DNA of 64,000 nucleotides from contig CAVXTM010000001.1 of assembly GCA_963764725.1 (NCBI GenBank), positions 408,147-472,146 of the forward strand. The letters run 5' to 3'. The position numbers and the translations under genes were made by a program. The DNA comes from an uncultured Gammaproteobacteria bacterium. GTDB taxonomy: Bacteria; Pseudomonadota; Gammaproteobacteria; JACCXJ01. Under the pieces are notes generated by a model. The model was not told the origin of the DNA. It did not search any database and saw nothing but the letters and a program-made list of their open reading frames with translations. Position 1 is the stretch's first letter; the number at the start of each line of letters is the position of its first letter. Shown one piece after another: positions 62,545-64,000 of the stretch.

Positions 62545-63717
62545 GGCCAGGCACACTTCGAGGGCGTCCTCATCGAGGTCCTGAATCCACTTCTGGATGA
62601 CGTGCAAGGAGCCGGACCGCCTCCAATCGTCCCATTTGTTGGCTATAGCACCCCGCGCAGTTGTCCGTACAGTGTCCGGATTCCGGTGAATGACAACAAG
62701 TCGCCGGTTTTGGCTGGCATACAGCCAGTTGACAAGCACGGCGTTAACTCCCTTGTCGCCGAAGCTATAGCCGCACACGGCGACTCTGTAGAACGGACGA
62801 AAGAAACACGCGAAAACAACTTAGGAGTGCGGCGAAAAGCTCCTGGGAGTAGTCCGCGATCTTGTTGAACGTGCCTACCAGGAAAAGTGGCCGATGGGGC
62901 ACGGGTGTCTGCAGCCGACCATGAGAATCTCGGGTGTGCTCGTAGTCACCATCAACTGCGATGCCGATCCGCTCGTCATACCACGTACCGTCGTCAGGTC
63001 TAGGCAACCAGTTGGTCGAGCCATGAAGCTTCAAGAGCAAAGGATGAGTTGAGTTCTCGGAAAGGATCGTAGGACTCCAGTATCGGACCCCAGCTTCCGG
63101 CAAGGAGAAGCCATCGACGGCAGGGTTCCGGCCTTTCAGAAAGTGGTCTACGTGCGTATCGTGGCACAGGGTTGCGATTGCGACGCGTTCAAAGCGCATC
63201 GAGCGGCACAGCACTTCCAGGGGTTTCCGGTGGTCGTTTGAGGGGGGAGATCACCAGACTCCTCCAGACCGTATCAAACATATAGTTTGCCGTCTCTCTC
63301 GCCAGCTCACGAAAGGTCGTCACATCCGTGATCTCTGCGTGGTGGATCAGCTCTATAAACATAGGCGCAGATCGTCGATGAGTCGACGAGGCCGGGATTA
63401 TCAAGTTCTCCCGCTTCATGATCCGCGATTTGACTCGCCAAGTAGTAGGGATCTTCGTAGTTGGCGGGTCGAGCATACCGGTTCCGAAAGAACCCTTCGA
63501 TCTCAGTCCGGTACGTATCGCAGAGGCTGTCGCGGACCGCTTGACATGCTCGGAAGGCGTAGCACGGGTGAAGGAGTCAACGTAAAACGTGCCGTCGCTG
63601 TGACGCGAAGTCCCTATACCACAGAGAATCTGGCGTGTTAGGTCCTCTGTGCGCGGGAGGCCGGAATCGACGAGCCTGCCCCAGCAATACTGCAGCGCGT
63701 GGTTTACGAGCCTGCAT
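62539..63717 (-). CDS. SIR2-like (SIR2_2) NADase-family protein, integron cassette (multiple frameshifts)
   Basis: AVLLGAGSSIPA, IATLCHD, VDGF, LLKLHGSTNW, CGYSFGDKGVN. Confidence 0.78.
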
Positions 63718-63726
63718 GGATCGGCC

Positions 63727-63785
63727 GGCTAACGTTTGAATTCGGCGGGTGCCGAAGGCACTCCGCTGGAATGATCGGGTTGGCC
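63727..63785 (-). other. attC site
   Basis: GGCCAACCCGATCATTCCAGCGG-GTGCCTTCGGCAC-CCGCCGAATTCAAACGTTAGCC. Confidence 0.85.
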
Positions 63786-63787
63786 AC

Positions 63788-64000
63788 TCATCTCGTACGA
63801 TTCTTCAGCTCTTCTATCAGTTCCAATGTGCCTGTATAGACAGTTTCCAAGGGATTCTTTTGGCAATAGTTATCCATCCATACGGTGATGGAATTGGAGT
63901 CAGCGGTGCCGAATACGCCATTTTGGTCCTCGTGTGAATCGACGTAATGGTTATACGATAAATCCTTGAACCCAACTCAACTGAGTGTAATAGACGCTAG
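63788..64000 (-). CDS. 3' end of a small hypothetical cassette protein (runs off the window)
   Basis: ...SWVQGFI...ITVWMDNYCQKNPLETVY...KNRTR* directly before attC. Confidence 0.6.

Noticed and set aside
63637-63643. ACCTAAC as an extra attC inverse core
   Set aside because: It lies inside the SIR2-like N-terminal coding region (EDLT) and has no partner arm.

Overview
GC-rich window, probably from a gammaproteobacterium. Housekeeping blocks (bioF-[bioH remnant]-bioC-bioD; prpD-prpC-E2; htpX-parC) alternate with accessory DNA. Many conserved ORFs carry single-base indels, which looks like uncorrected long-read consensus error, so lone frameshifts are not taken as proof of pseudogenisation. 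Main accessory features: (1) a two-gene split Rhs system, in which a secreted YD shell ends in four PKD-like domains and a separate signal-peptide-bearing Rhs core carries an Ntox10-like toxin, followed by Imm27; (2) next to an IS91/ISCR remnant, a compact four-gene operon (DUF1156/COG1743-like Zn-ribbon adenine MTase, ParB-like protein, SNF2 helicase, DUF3883 nuclease) that matches no defence system I recognise; (3) a PKS-free AprA-MT1-like Fe-dependent methyltransferase fused to a second SAM MTase; (4) a minus-strand integron cassette array (five attC sites; SIR2-like, HEPN-like, AbiTii-like and HicAB cassettes) with a degenerate group IIC-attC intron, cut on its left by a REP-flanked RAYT; (5) a candidate anti-SD-loop sRNA between htpX and parC, a 66-bp duplication of the parC 5' end, and two small hairpin inserts inside mobile elements. 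I found no CRISPR array, tRNA or rRNA. All family assignments come from motif recognition by eye; no database search was run.
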